A stretch of 64,000 nucleotides of DNA from an uncultured Chloroflexia bacterium (GTDB lineage Bacteria > Chloroflexota > Anaerolineae > JAAYZQ01): positions 896,001 to 960,000 of the forward strand of contig CAVOXA010000014.1 in assembly GCA_963700285.1 (NCBI GenBank), given 5' to 3'. The notes under the pieces were generated by a model. The model was given only the letters and a program-made list of their open reading frames with translations. It was not told the DNA's origin and searched no databases. A program made the position numbers and the translations under genes. Shown here piece after piece: positions 48,860-58,470 of this stretch. The first letter of the stretch is position 1. The number at the start of each line of letters is the position of its first letter.

Positions 48860-50239
48860 TTGAATGATCTTCTGATCGCAGGCGGGACCGTCGTGGACCC
48901 GGCCAACGGCTTGCACGGCCGTGCGGACGTGGCCATCAAGAACGGCAAGGTTGTGGCCGTTGCTGAGGAACTCGGCCGGGGCCAAGCATACCAGGTAGTA
49001 AGTGCCGAAGGCAGATGGGTGCTGCCAGGTCTGGTCGACAGCCACGTTCACGTGTCCTCAAAGCCGGAAGGCTACCGCATGATGGCCAGGGCGGGGGTGA
49101 CCTGTGCCCTGGACACGGCCGGCCAACCGGAAGAGATGATCAAGGGGCTGGAAAGAGCCGGCTCTGGCTTGACAGTGGGCTTTCTCTATCCACTGATTCC
49201 GGGTGAGACCATTTCGGATCGGCAACCCAGCCAAAGGGAAATCGCCCGCGTCCTGGATCGCGCTCTTGATCAGGGCGCTCTGGGGGTGAAGATCCTGGGA
49301 GGACACTATCCACTCTCCCCGGAGGCTACGGCCCGGATCATCGAGGAAGCGCACGCGATAGGCTGTTGGTGCGCCGTCCACGCGGGCACCTCGGCAACCG
49401 GCAGCAATATCGAGGGGCTTGAGGAGCTAGTCGACCTCTCAGGGAGCCTGCCGGTCCACATCGCTCACGTGAATTCTTACTGCCGCGGCCAAATAACGGG
49501 CGACCCATTGCTGGAGGCGGGCCGGGCCTTGAAGGCTCTTGCGCGGGCGCCAGCAGCCCGGTGTGAGTCATACCTGTCCCCATGGAATGGGACGAGCGCC
49601 CGGGTAGATCATGGCATACCCAAGAGCCGGGTGACACAGACCTGTCTCTTGAGTGGGGGATACGCCGCGACGGCGGCAGGCATGGAGGAGGCCATCGCGG
49701 CAGGATGGGCGCGCATCCACGGTGTACGCGACAGTGAGATTGAGCTGCTGCCTCCAGTTCAGGGACTAAAGACCTATCTCGCGCACGACTCCCAGGTATA
49801 TGTCAGCTTTCCCGTGAACTCTCCGGGCGTTGCCGTTGCCCTGGCAGTCGCCAGGGCCAACGGCTCCTTCGCAGTGGATGCGCTGAGTACCGACGGAGGC
49901 GGTATCCCACGCAACACCACGCTGGTACAAGGGCTGGCCTTGGTCAGCTTTGGCGCCATGACGATGGAAGACTTGATCACCAAGGCCTGCCTGAATCCGG
50001 CGCGGATGCTGGGACTGAGCAGAAAGGGCCACTTGGGTCCTGGGGCCGATGCAGATCTGATTGTGGTGGACCCGGTCACGGGCCAGGTCGCCTGGAGTAG
50101 TGTAGAAGGACAGGTCATCGTTCAAGAGGCCAAGGTAGTTGGGCAAGGTGGTTGTCTGCTGACCACGGAGGGCGGGCAGGCTGCTCTGAGAGAGCAAGGA
50201 ACCCCGGCCAGGGTAGTGACCCCCGAATGGCTGGTTTGA
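48860..50239 (+). CDS. Amidohydrolase family protein (dihydroorotase-like)
   Basis: PGLVDSHVH, KILGGHYP, STDGG, NPARMLGL..KGHLGPGADAD. TTG start follows GGAGG. Confidence 0.85.
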   Translation: MNDLLIAGGTVVDPANGLHGRADVAIKNGKVVAVAEELGRGQAYQVVSAEGRWVLPGLVDSHVHVSSKPEGYRMMARAGVTCALDTAGQPEEMIKGLERAGSGLTVGFLYPLIPGETISDRQPSQREIARVLDRALDQGALGVKILGGHYPLSPEATARIIEEAHAIGCWCAVHAGTSATGSNIEGLEELVDLSGSLPVHIAHVNSYCRGQITGDPLLEAGRALKALARAPAARCESYLSPWNGTSARVDHGIPKSRVTQTCLLSGGYAATAAGMEEAIAAGWARIHGVRDSEIELLPPVQGLKTYLAHDSQVYVSFPVNSPGVAVALAVARANGSFAVDALSTDGGGIPRNTTLVQGLALVSFGAMTMEDLITKACLNPARMLGLSRKGHLGPGADADLIVVDPVTGQVAWSSVEGQVIVQEAKVVGQGGCLLTTEGGQAALREQGTPARVVTPEWLV

Positions 50240-50279
50240 GCCGGCGATGGACATCCGCAGGGCAGATTGGAGACAAACC

Positions 50280-51467
50280 ATGGCAGGACTGAATCCGATT
50301 AAGAAACTGATCGATACGAACCCGAACCTGGAGGTTTGGTGGGACTCGTCGCCGCTTATCTTTGAGGAGTGGGCTGCAGGTTTGGATCCGGCCTTTCAGG
50401 AGATCCAGTTGTTCGATGTGGCAGCCACGAGTACAGCTTCTGTCGTGTTCGAGAACAGCAGCCTGCTGCGTGGTTCCACCACCAATCAGCCCCTGACCTG
50501 GCAAGTCATCCAAGAGAACCCTGGTTTCTGGGGCGATTGGCTGGAGGCACAGCTAGCAGAAGCCCCAAATCTGTCCGCCAAAGAAGCGATGTGGCGCTTG
50601 TTCATCGGGGTAGCAGCCAGAGGCGCCGCTCTGTTGGCACCCATCTTTGAGGGATCCGGGTATCACCAAGGCCAGATCTGCTGCCAAGTGGATCCGCGCG
50701 ATATGACGGATCTGGACGCGATGCTGGTCCAGGCCCGGCACATCCACGCCGCGCGACCGAATATCATGGTCAAGATGCCCGGCACCCAGGAGGGCATCGA
50801 AGGAGTCCGCATCCTGACCGCAGAGGGTATACCGACCAACGTCACGCTGGGCTTTACGGTCCCGCAGCTCGTTGCCGTGGGCGAGGCAGCACAGGCTGGC
50901 CTCGCTCTGGCCAGAGAACGTGGTACGGATCTCCGCTACTGGCGGTCCTGCGCTGTGATGATGCTGGGCCGGTACGAGGGAGCGCCGCCGATGCAGATCC
51001 AGGCGGAAGAGCGGGGCATCGATCTTACAGAGGCCGAACTGCGCTGGGCAGGGATCGCCATATTCCGCAAAGCCCACCGCATTTTCAAGGAGCGGAGCTA
51101 TCCCAGCAAGTTGATGGCGGCCTCGATGCGATTAGGTCCCACTGTGGGTGGTATAACCCGCGTCTGGCACCTCGAAAAGCTGGCCGGTGCCGACGCCGTG
51201 TTGACAGTATTCCCCAATGTCTTTGAAGCTTTTATCTCCGCCTACGGCGATCTGCCCCTTGAGCCACAGATCGATGAACCGATTCCCGAAGAGGTTCTGG
51301 AGCGACTTTTGCGCATCCCCTATTTTGCGGAAGCCTATGATGAGAATGGTATCGCCCCAGAGGATTTTGTCCACCATCCCGCTCTGGATATCACAGCCGC
51401 TGCCTTTTCTGAGGCGATGGCAGAAATTGAGGCATTTGCCACAGAAAGGGTACGGATCTCCGGCTGA
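50280..51467 (+). CDS. Transaldolase-family protein (atypical), paralog of 46321-47499
   Basis: Same motifs as the first copy, with long stretches of near-identical sequence. Confidence 0.85.
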   Translation: MAGLNPIKKLIDTNPNLEVWWDSSPLIFEEWAAGLDPAFQEIQLFDVAATSTASVVFENSSLLRGSTTNQPLTWQVIQENPGFWGDWLEAQLAEAPNLSAKEAMWRLFIGVAARGAALLAPIFEGSGYHQGQICCQVDPRDMTDLDAMLVQARHIHAARPNIMVKMPGTQEGIEGVRILTAEGIPTNVTLGFTVPQLVAVGEAAQAGLALARERGTDLRYWRSCAVMMLGRYEGAPPMQIQAEERGIDLTEAELRWAGIAIFRKAHRIFKERSYPSKLMAASMRLGPTVGGITRVWHLEKLAGADAVLTVFPNVFEAFISAYGDLPLEPQIDEPIPEEVLERLLRIPYFAEAYDENGIAPEDFVHHPALDITAAAFSEAMAEIEAFATERVRISG

Positions 51468-51487
51468 TTGCGCCCTGCTGCCCACAG

Positions 51488-52144
51488 CTACCTGTGCGGC
51501 CAAGTCCTCAACCAACGTACCCCATAGGGCCGCAGGCTCAGCGTCAGATTCTCTTCGCCCATTGAGAATGCCTCATCCGTGAACAGACAGTGCCAGACCC
51601 CAGCGGGTATTCCGAGTCCGCCCGGACTCAGAGTCACAGTCTGATCCTGGTCAGACACGTTGTGCAGGCACAGAGCCAGATCGTCTCCACCGGGAGAGGT
51701 ACGAAGCAAGGCAAAGATCCCTCTGCTCAGAAAGAGTACCCGCTGGTTGCCATGAGGGTGGAAGGCTGAACTAGAAGCTCGTGCCTCCAGCAACCGCCGG
51801 TAGGCGGCGAATACCTGGTACCTGAGCGAGGCGGGATCGGCCAGCTCTTGCTCCAGATCCGCCCGCCAGAACTTCTGGCGGTTGATCGTCCGGTTATGTC
51901 CAGTCTCGGCCACCCCCTCGTGTCAACTGCGGGACCCCAAGAGACTGTGAACATAGATGCCGGGCACACCCGCCAGAGCGAGCATCATGGCCTGGCTGGC
52001 CAGAAAACGGGCCACTTGCAGGAGCTGTGGCTCCTCAGTCGCGGGATTGGAAATGGCATCAAAGTAGGAGATGTTCAGCTCGTACACACTGCGGCTGCCG
52101 TCGGCGTTGGTCTTGTACCCTACCCTTCCGCTGGGTGAGGTCAC
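51488..52144 (-). pseudogene. 3' fragment of a GH13 sucrose/glucosylglycerate phosphorylase
   Basis: YELNISYFDA, RFLASQA..GVPGIYVHSLLGS, NRTINRQK, AFHP. There is an in-frame TGA at 51923-51925 and the N-terminal part is missing. Confidence 0.8.
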
Positions 52145-52372
52145 AGGCCCAGTTCAGATGCAAGGTCTTTGAGTGTTACAGACGCCACTGGCTGCCAGCC
52201 TCCCGAGCTCCCAGTCACTCAAAACGTTTTGGATACCTGCTCCCATTTTGAAAAATGTGCAGTCTCACCCATGGCGTCTCTGCGAAACTCGCGCTTGCTG
52301 TCACGGGCCAGATGCTTTACAATCCGAGTGGCTGGAACAAGGCCCAACCGCAGAAGGAGCCAAGACGAGATC

Positions 52373-53176
52373 ATGAGTTCTGAGACATCGGTCGCCCTTG
52401 CAGCAACTGCGCACCAACCCGATGAGCGACTGGCCGGCATGGTCGCTTGCCATCTACCAGCGCTGGTAGGCTGCTACACCTCTGTAACGGCATTCTGTTC
52501 GCAAGAGACTCACCCAAGCATCCTGGATCTACTGCGGCTGCACGGCGTCATCGTACACATCGACTCCGAAGTGTCAGCCGGAATCCAGCGCATCGGCGAC
52601 GTGCGACGCCACACCATTCGCGCGGGTCTGGAGGCCGGTACGTCGCACCTGCAGATGTGTGACTTTGACCGCGCCATCCACTGGGTCGCCCGCTACCCAC
52701 AGGAACTAGAGGCCGTGATTGATGACATCCCCAACTACGATCTGCTGGTCCTGGGACGCACCGACCGGGCCTGGGCCACCCACCCGCCCTACCAGGCGGA
52801 GACAGAACCACTCTTCAACCGGGTTTTCGACCTGGTGACCGGGCTGGCATGGGACGTAGGTGCCGGCTCACGGGGGCTCTCGCGCCGCGCTGCGGAGCTG
52901 CTGCTGCAAGTGTCTGAGGAACGAACGGTGGGCGTGGACGCAGAGTGGCCGCTACTCATTCTTGAGCAGGATGGTTATGTCGTGGGACACCGGCTCTGCG
53001 AGGGGTTGGAGTTCGAGACGGCCGACCGTTTTGGGCCGGAAATCGAAGCGGCAGGCAGCTATCAAGCCTGGGAGGCAAAGGTGAACGCAGATCCTAAGCA
53101 GTGGGTCTTTCGCCTCCAGGTGGCATTGATGATCGCCCAGGCAGCTGTTCGCCACGGTGAACGAGATGACCGATAG
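52373..53176 (+). CDS. Hypothetical protein, possibly GT-A glycosyltransferase-like
   Basis: SD AAGGAG and upstream TTGCTG-17-TACAAT. Motifs DFDRAIHW, LGRT..THP, GSRGLS, GLEFETAD. Confidence 0.7.
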   Translation: MSSETSVALAATAHQPDERLAGMVACHLPALVGCYTSVTAFCSQETHPSILDLLRLHGVIVHIDSEVSAGIQRIGDVRRHTIRAGLEAGTSHLQMCDFDRAIHWVARYPQELEAVIDDIPNYDLLVLGRTDRAWATHPPYQAETEPLFNRVFDLVTGLAWDVGAGSRGLSRRAAELLLQVSEERTVGVDAEWPLLILEQDGYVVGHRLCEGLEFETADRFGPEIEAAGSYQAWEAKVNADPKQWVFRLQVALMIAQAAVRHGERDDR

Positions 53177-53199
53177 GGGGCCGAGGCGAAAGGACGATT

Positions 53200-53478
53200 C
53201 GCTTCGCGAGAGCAGCATCCCGCTGGCGACCACACATGTTTAATGCCTACGGGCTGGACGTCCCGGCGAACAAGTGGCTGGGCAACGTCCCCACCTTTGA
53301 CACCCTGGCTGAGGCCTGCGCCGTTGGCGTCCAGGCTGAGATTGACAACGCGGCCCTCTACGACCAATTGTTCAACAGGGTGGAGGAGGACAACCCCGAC
53401 ATCATCCAGGTCTTTACTGCCCTGCAACGAGCATCGCTGAACCAGCACCTACCCGCCTTTGAGCGCTGTGCGCCCTAG
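53200..53478 (+). pseudogene. C-terminal remnant of a ferritin-like DUF2202 protein
   Basis: LAEACAVGVQAEIDNAALYD..DIIQVFTALQRAS..HLPAF. The N-terminal helices are absent or scrambled and there is no SD. Confidence 0.6.
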
Positions 53479-53500
53479 GGCAGAAATAACTGGCCGATCA

Positions 53501-53529
53501 AGCCTCCGGTTTCAACGGAACCGGGGGCT
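53501..53529 (+). terminator. Terminator-like hairpin
   Basis: AGCCTCCGGTTTC-AAC-GGAACCGGGGGCT (with G:U pairs), followed by AT-rich sequence. Confidence 0.55.
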
Positions 53530-53609
53530 ATTCATATCTCTACCTGGCGATCATGGCTGCTCGCTCGCGAAAGCCTGGTCTAGCAGAACCGCCGCCCTTC
53601 GTAGCCAGC

Positions 53610-53654
53610 TTGACAATTGTCTCGCTCTGTTATATATTTAGTTCATCTAACTAA
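53610..53654 (+). promoter_or_regulatory. Promoter plus MarR-type palindromic operator
   Basis: TTGACA-17-TATATT. TTAGTT-N5-AACTAA at 53638-53654 overlaps the -10 and start region. Confidence 0.7.
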
Positions 53655-53674
53655 TTGATCTGGAGGGACAAAAT

Positions 53675-54100
53675 GTGATGGCGGTTGAAGATCGACTCCT
53701 GGGCCTATTTGAGCGGGTCCGAAAGCTGGCGCTCGACCAAAACCCACTGCAAGAAAGCGGGGTGACGATGCCGCAATTGGCCCTGCTCGACTGGATCGCT
53801 ACTTCGCCAGGCCGTGGGGTCCAGGAAATCGCGACTGGGTTGGGTCTGACGGCTCCTACCGTCAGCGTAGGGGTGCGCCGGCTAGAGGAAGCAGGCATGG
53901 TGGAGCGCCAACCAGACCCCCAGGATGGGCGCGCCATCCGGCTGTATTTGACGGCTCAGGGCCAGACCCTACAGGAGAAGGCACTCGCATTCCGCCGGGA
54001 AAAGATGCGATGCGTGCTTGCGGGATTGACCACCGAGGAGGCAGCAACGTTACTGGCCCTACTAGAACAGGCCATCAGATCTGCCGAGAAAGCTTGGTAG
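53675..54100 (+). CDS. MarR family transcriptional regulator
   Basis: TMPQLALL, APTVSVGVRRLEEAGMVER..DGRAIRLYLT. Confidence 0.92.
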   Translation: MMAVEDRLLGLFERVRKLALDQNPLQESGVTMPQLALLDWIATSPGRGVQEIATGLGLTAPTVSVGVRRLEEAGMVERQPDPQDGRAIRLYLTAQGQTLQEKALAFRREKMRCVLAGLTTEEAATLLALLEQAIRSAEKAW

Positions 54101-54149
54101 CGCAGGATGGCATCTTGCGTCACTATATTAGTCAGGAGAGAAAATCAAC

Positions 54150-54641
54150 ATGCCACAACAAATCGTATTCGCCATCGTAACATTCCTGCACGATCTATTC
54201 ACCGCTGTCTGGATCGGTGGCCTGATCACCCTGGGGATCACGGTCCTGCCGTCGGCCAAAAAGGTGTTGGGGATGGGACCTCAGACCAAAAAACTCATGG
54301 ATGCCATCCAGAAGCGGCTGAGTGTGCTGGTCTATGTGAGTATCGTTGGGCTGATACTGACCGGCCTGCTCCTATCCAACCGCTCGCCAGACTTCCAGGG
54401 GCTGTTCAGTTTCGGCAACACCTACTCGATGGTGTTGAGCCTCAAACACATCCTGGTACTGGTGATGGTCGCCGTGGCGTTGATCCGCAGCCTGGTGCTC
54501 GGCCGCCGGAGCGGACCCCCAAGCCCGGCCCAAGAAAAGCTCAAGGTCGGGCTGCTGTTCCTCAACATCGCTCTGGGGATTGGGGTGCTGTTGCTCAGCG
54601 GCTTTGCCGTGGCCTTCGCAGCGGGCCCACCGCCTATGTAA
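54150..54641 (+). CDS. 4-TM membrane protein, CopD-like
   Basis: FLHDLFTAVWIGG, ILTGL, LSLKHIL and four hydrophobic segments. SD AGGAG. Confidence 0.75.
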   Translation: MPQQIVFAIVTFLHDLFTAVWIGGLITLGITVLPSAKKVLGMGPQTKKLMDAIQKRLSVLVYVSIVGLILTGLLLSNRSPDFQGLFSFGNTYSMVLSLKHILVLVMVAVALIRSLVLGRRSGPPSPAQEKLKVGLLFLNIALGIGVLLLSGFAVAFAAGPPPM

Positions 54642-54700
54642 CTGCCAACGTGGTGGACACGGTGGGTCCAGCACCCACCAGTCCTGCCCAGGGAGGAGCC

Positions 54701-55471
54701 ATGACCGGTAGCAGATTGCTGACTGTCACTGCTCACCCCGACGACGAGTCATTCCGCTGTGGTGGCACGTTGGCCTTGCTGGCCCGGCGCGGTATTCGCG
54801 TGCAGCTACTCACGGCTACACGGGGTGAAGCCGGCTCTCGCGGCGATCCACCCTTGTGCCGCGCCCACGAACTGGCCGCCATGCGCGAACGCGAGTTGCG
54901 CAACGCTTGTACCGCCTTGGGCATCGAGCCTCCACGCTTTCTGGAATACCTCGACGGCACGCTGGCCGATGTGGACGAAGAAGAGGCCACCGCTCAGTTG
55001 ACGGCGATCATCCAGGAAGTACAGCCCCAGGTGCTCCTCACCTGGCCGCCTGACGGTCTGTCGGGGCATCCCGACCACGTGGCCGTGAGCCGCTGGACAT
55101 CTCTGGCCTTTGAGCGGACAGCCGCCTTGGGGCCGGACGCCCCGGTGGCTCTCTACCACTTGGCTGTGCCGCGCTGGGTGGCCAAAGCCCTGGGACTGTC
55201 CCACCTGCATGACGTGCCCGATGAGCAGGTTACCCTGACCGTGGACGTGACTCCGGTCTGGGAACAGAAACTGGCGGCTATGGGCTGCCACCGCACCCAG
55301 ATGGGTGGATCGCCTATCCTGAGCGAACCAGAAGAGAAGCGACGGCTGTTCCTGGGGACAGAGCACTTTCGACTGGCAATGATCCGGTCGGACCCTTCGG
55401 CGGGCTCAGGGTGGGCTCTGCCAATTGGCCCGGAAGGCAGCTTTCTTGAGGGACTGGGGGAGAACAACTGA
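54701..55471 (+). CDS. PIG-L/LmbE family deacetylase (MshB/Mca/BshB-like)
   Basis: AHPDDES..GG, ATRGEAG, RERELR, GHPDH, HRTQ. SD GGAGGAG. Confidence 0.9.
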   Translation: MTGSRLLTVTAHPDDESFRCGGTLALLARRGIRVQLLTATRGEAGSRGDPPLCRAHELAAMRERELRNACTALGIEPPRFLEYLDGTLADVDEEEATAQLTAIIQEVQPQVLLTWPPDGLSGHPDHVAVSRWTSLAFERTAALGPDAPVALYHLAVPRWVAKALGLSHLHDVPDEQVTLTVDVTPVWEQKLAAMGCHRTQMGGSPILSEPEEKRRLFLGTEHFRLAMIRSDPSAGSGWALPIGPEGSFLEGLGENN

Positions 55472-56491
55472 TGAAAGATGCTATCAAAGTGAGTAGTCTG
55501 ACCAAGTACTACGGTCGTCCGGAAGCAGGCGTACTGGCCGTAGACCACATCAACTTTCAGGTGCAAGAGGGCGAGGTCTTTGGTTTCCTGGGACCCAACG
55601 GGGCGGGCAAGACGACCACCCAGCGGATGCTGACCACCCTGCTGGAACCGACCGAAGGTTGCATCACCATCCACGGCCACGACCTGGCCCACGACGCCTA
55701 CCCGGTCAAGCGGCAGATGGGTCTGGTGCCGGAGGAATCGAACGTCTACACCGAACTGACCGCATGGGACAACTTGATGTTCACTGCTAAACTCTACCGT
55801 GTGGGTCGCGCCGAGCGGGCTGCGCGGGCACGGGAGTTGCTGGAGGTCTTTGGCCTGTGGGAGAAGCGGGACGTGAAAGCGGAGAACTTTTCCAAAGGGA
55901 TGCGGCGACGGCTGAGCATCGCCATGGCCATCATCCACAAGCCGGCGCTCCTCTTCTTGGACGAGCCGACGCCGGGGCTGGACGCCCAGAGCGCCCGTGC
56001 CATCCGCGATCTGATCCGCCGCTTGAACAGCCGAGGGGACGACGATCTTTCTGACCACGCACCAGATCGAGGAGGCCAACCAGCTCTGCGACCGGGTGGC
56101 CATCATCGACCACGGCCAGATCGCGGCCATTGACACCCCAGAACAGCTGAAACAGGCATTCCGGCGGGTACAGTCGGTGGAGGTGGCATTGGAGCCCAAA
56201 GGGCAGACGCATGGTCAGGCGCTGGGCACCTTGCCGGGGGTGACCACGTCGGTCAAGATGGGAGATAAATGGCGGCTGTACACCAAAGACCCGTCGGTGC
56301 TCCTACCACAGGTGATGGACTATGCCAACTCCCGTAAATTGCGGGTCGTCAGTCTAAATACTCTCGGCCCCAGCCTGGAGGACGTTTTCCTCGAGATCAC
56401 CGGGCAACAGGTGGGCACGGTGCGTCACGAGGCGCAAGAGGGTAGGCCTCGGCGGCGGGGAATGAAGAGTGGAATGGGCGGTGGACAATGA
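55471..56491 (+). CDS. ABC-2 exporter ATP-binding protein, frameshifted at ~56029
   Basis: Walker A GPNGAGKTT, FSKGM, LFLDEPT. Removing one A restores LNAEGTTIFLTTH..CDRVAII. Ends with PSLEDVFL. Confidence 0.9.
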
Positions 56492-57252
56492 AAGACAGAT
56501 GGCTGCAACGACTGCGTGACGAGGTAACACAGGCTTGGACCGTGACGGCCAAGGACATGAAGGTCTACTACCTCAAGCCAGGGATGATCATGTTCGGCTT
56601 TCTGATGCCGTTCTTCATGTTCTTTTCCTTCTCAGTAAGGCGGGAGATGGCGGTCGACCAAGGTGTCGCCCGACTGCTGGCTCTGACGGTCTTTTTCACC
56701 GCTGCTGCTGCCGGACCGTTCATCATCCCACTGGAGCGGCGCCTGGGAACCTATGACCGACTGCTGGCCGCGCCAATGTCGCTGCTGACCCTGCTGCTGG
56801 GCAAGACGGCGGTGGGAGCGTTATTTGCCATCGGCACGTCGGCCTTTGCCCTGATCGTCGGCGTGGTGGCCTTTGGGGCGAATGTCGCTCAGCCCTGGCT
56901 GCTGGCGGTCGCTGTACTCCTGGCGGCATTCTCTTTCTCGGCCCTAGGGGTGATCTTTGGCTCCATCCCCACCCGCAACCCAGGTTCCGTGCAGATGCCT
57001 AGCACGCTGCTACGCTGGGGGTTGCTGTTCATCAGCGGTGTTTTCATTGGATTGAACGAAATGGCCCCAGCGGCGCGGGCAGTGGCCTATCTCTCGCCCC
57101 TGACCTACGCCCAGGACCTGATGAACCACGCTGTGCTCGGAGCTGGCCTGCTCAACCCCTGGCTGGACATGGCCGTGCTGCTACTGAGCGGCGTTCTGTT
57201 CCTGCTGCCGTCCCTGTTGATGCACCGCCGTAGCCGGCGGTTTGGCTACTGA
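56488..57252 (+). CDS. ABC-2 type exporter permease
   Basis: ERRLGTYDRLLAAP, LLLGK, ISGVF, SPLTY and six TM segments. Confidence 0.9.
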   Translation: MKDRWLQRLRDEVTQAWTVTAKDMKVYYLKPGMIMFGFLMPFFMFFSFSVRREMAVDQGVARLLALTVFFTAAAAGPFIIPLERRLGTYDRLLAAPMSLLTLLLGKTAVGALFAIGTSAFALIVGVVAFGANVAQPWLLAVAVLLAAFSFSALGVIFGSIPTRNPGSVQMPSTLLRWGLLFISGVFIGLNEMAPAARAVAYLSPLTYAQDLMNHAVLGAGLLNPWLDMAVLLLSGVLFLLPSLLMHRRSRRFGY

Positions 57253-57291
57253 AAGGGACGCGGGTCCAAGTGCTAGCCACAGGACACCGCG

Positions 57292-58470
57292 CTACAGCAT
57301 GGACAACGCGACCCTCATCCGTTCCAGGGCTTCATACAGCGTGGACCTGGTACAGCCAAAGTTCAGCCGTACAAAGCCCTCTCCTCCGCGGCCGAAGGAG
57401 GCTCCTTCATTGAGTGCAACCCCTGCTTGCTCCAGAAAGAACTGATGGGGAGAGCCATCGATCCCAGCCTCGCGGCAGTCGAGCCAGCCCAGGTACGTCC
57501 CTTCTGGTCGCCACATGGTAACGCCGGGCAACTGGGAATTCACATACTCGGACAAATAGTCCGCGTTGGCCTCCAGGTAGCGCAAAACCGCATCCAGCCA
57601 TGGCTGGCCATCCCGGTAGGCGGCAAGCGCGGCCACAGCACTGAGGATGCCGGGTCTTCCTACAAGGCCAGCACCGGCAGCCTGATACTTTTCACGAAGC
57701 TCTGGATTCTGGATGATGGCCACTGAAAAGTGAAGGCCCGCGATATTGTAGGTTTTACTGGGGGCTATCAGCGTGATGGTCCGGTCAGCAATCTCGGGAT
57801 CGAGGGAAGCGATGGGCAGGTGTGGATGTCCTGGGAAGACCAGGTCACAGTGGATCTCGTCGGAGCAGATAACGACATCACGGCGGAGACAGATCTCGGC
57901 CATCTGCTCCAACTCGTAGCGCCGGAACACGCGGCCCACCGGATTGTGGGGGCTGCATAGAAGAAAGATACGAGTCTTGTCGGTGATGGCGGCCTCAAAG
58001 GCATCATAGTCGATTTCGTAGGAACCGTCCGGCAGCCGCGTCAGTTCCATCTCATCCAGCGTACATCCGACGTTGCCCGGGGTATAGAGCATGGGGAAAT
58101 AGACTGGTGTCTGTACCAAAACACCGTCACCTGGGGAGGTCACAGCGTGAGCGGCCTGGTTAAAGCCGGTGACAACTCCCGGCACAAACACCAAAGCCTC
58201 CGGCGCCACCTCCCAGCCATACAGGCGTTGGAGGCGATCCACAATCACCGGGCGGAGTTCTGAAGGCTCTCTGCCATACCCGAATATGCCATGGTCCACC
58301 CGATCGCGGAGGGCACGGATGACCGGTTCAGGCGAAGTGAAGTCCATATCCGCCACCCACATGGGCAGCACATCTTTGTCATACAGCCGCCACTTGACGC
58401 TATCGGAAGACCGCCTGTCAATGAGGCGACCAAACTCCAGTTCCAGGTCGTGATCCGTGTGATGGGTCAT
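57292..58470 (-). CDS. MalY/PatB family PLP-dependent C-S lyase / aminotransferase
   Basis: SVKW, LPMWVADMDF, LCSPHNPVGRV, SDEIH, APSKTYN, GTYLGWLD, FVRLNFG. Confidence 0.93.
   Translation of the reverse strand: MTHHTDHDLELEFGRLIDRRSSDSVKWRLYDKDVLPMWVADMDFTSPEPVIRALRDRVDHGIFGYGREPSELRPVIVDRLQRLYGWEVAPEALVFVPGVVTGFNQAAHAVTSPGDGVLVQTPVYFPMLYTPGNVGCTLDEMELTRLPDGSYEIDYDAFEAAITDKTRIFLLCSPHNPVGRVFRRYELEQMAEICLRRDVVICSDEIHCDLVFPGHPHLPIASLDPEIADRTITLIAPSKTYNIAGLHFSVAIIQNPELREKYQAAGAGLVGRPGILSAVAALAAYRDGQPWLDAVLRYLEANADYLSEYVNSQLPGVTMWRPEGTYLGWLDCREAGIDGSPHQFFLEQAGVALNEGASFGRGGEGFVRLNFGCTRSTLYEALERMRVALSML

Noticed and set aside
51923-51925. In-frame TGA as selenocysteine or recoding
   Set aside because: The position most likely corresponds to Trp (TGG>TGA), the gene is already truncated, and TGA is a normal stop elsewhere in the window.
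54107-54700. N-terminal 198 aa of the 454-aa ORF
   Set aside because: It overlaps the real CopD-like gene in another frame. The PIG-L gene has its own SD and ATG at 54701.
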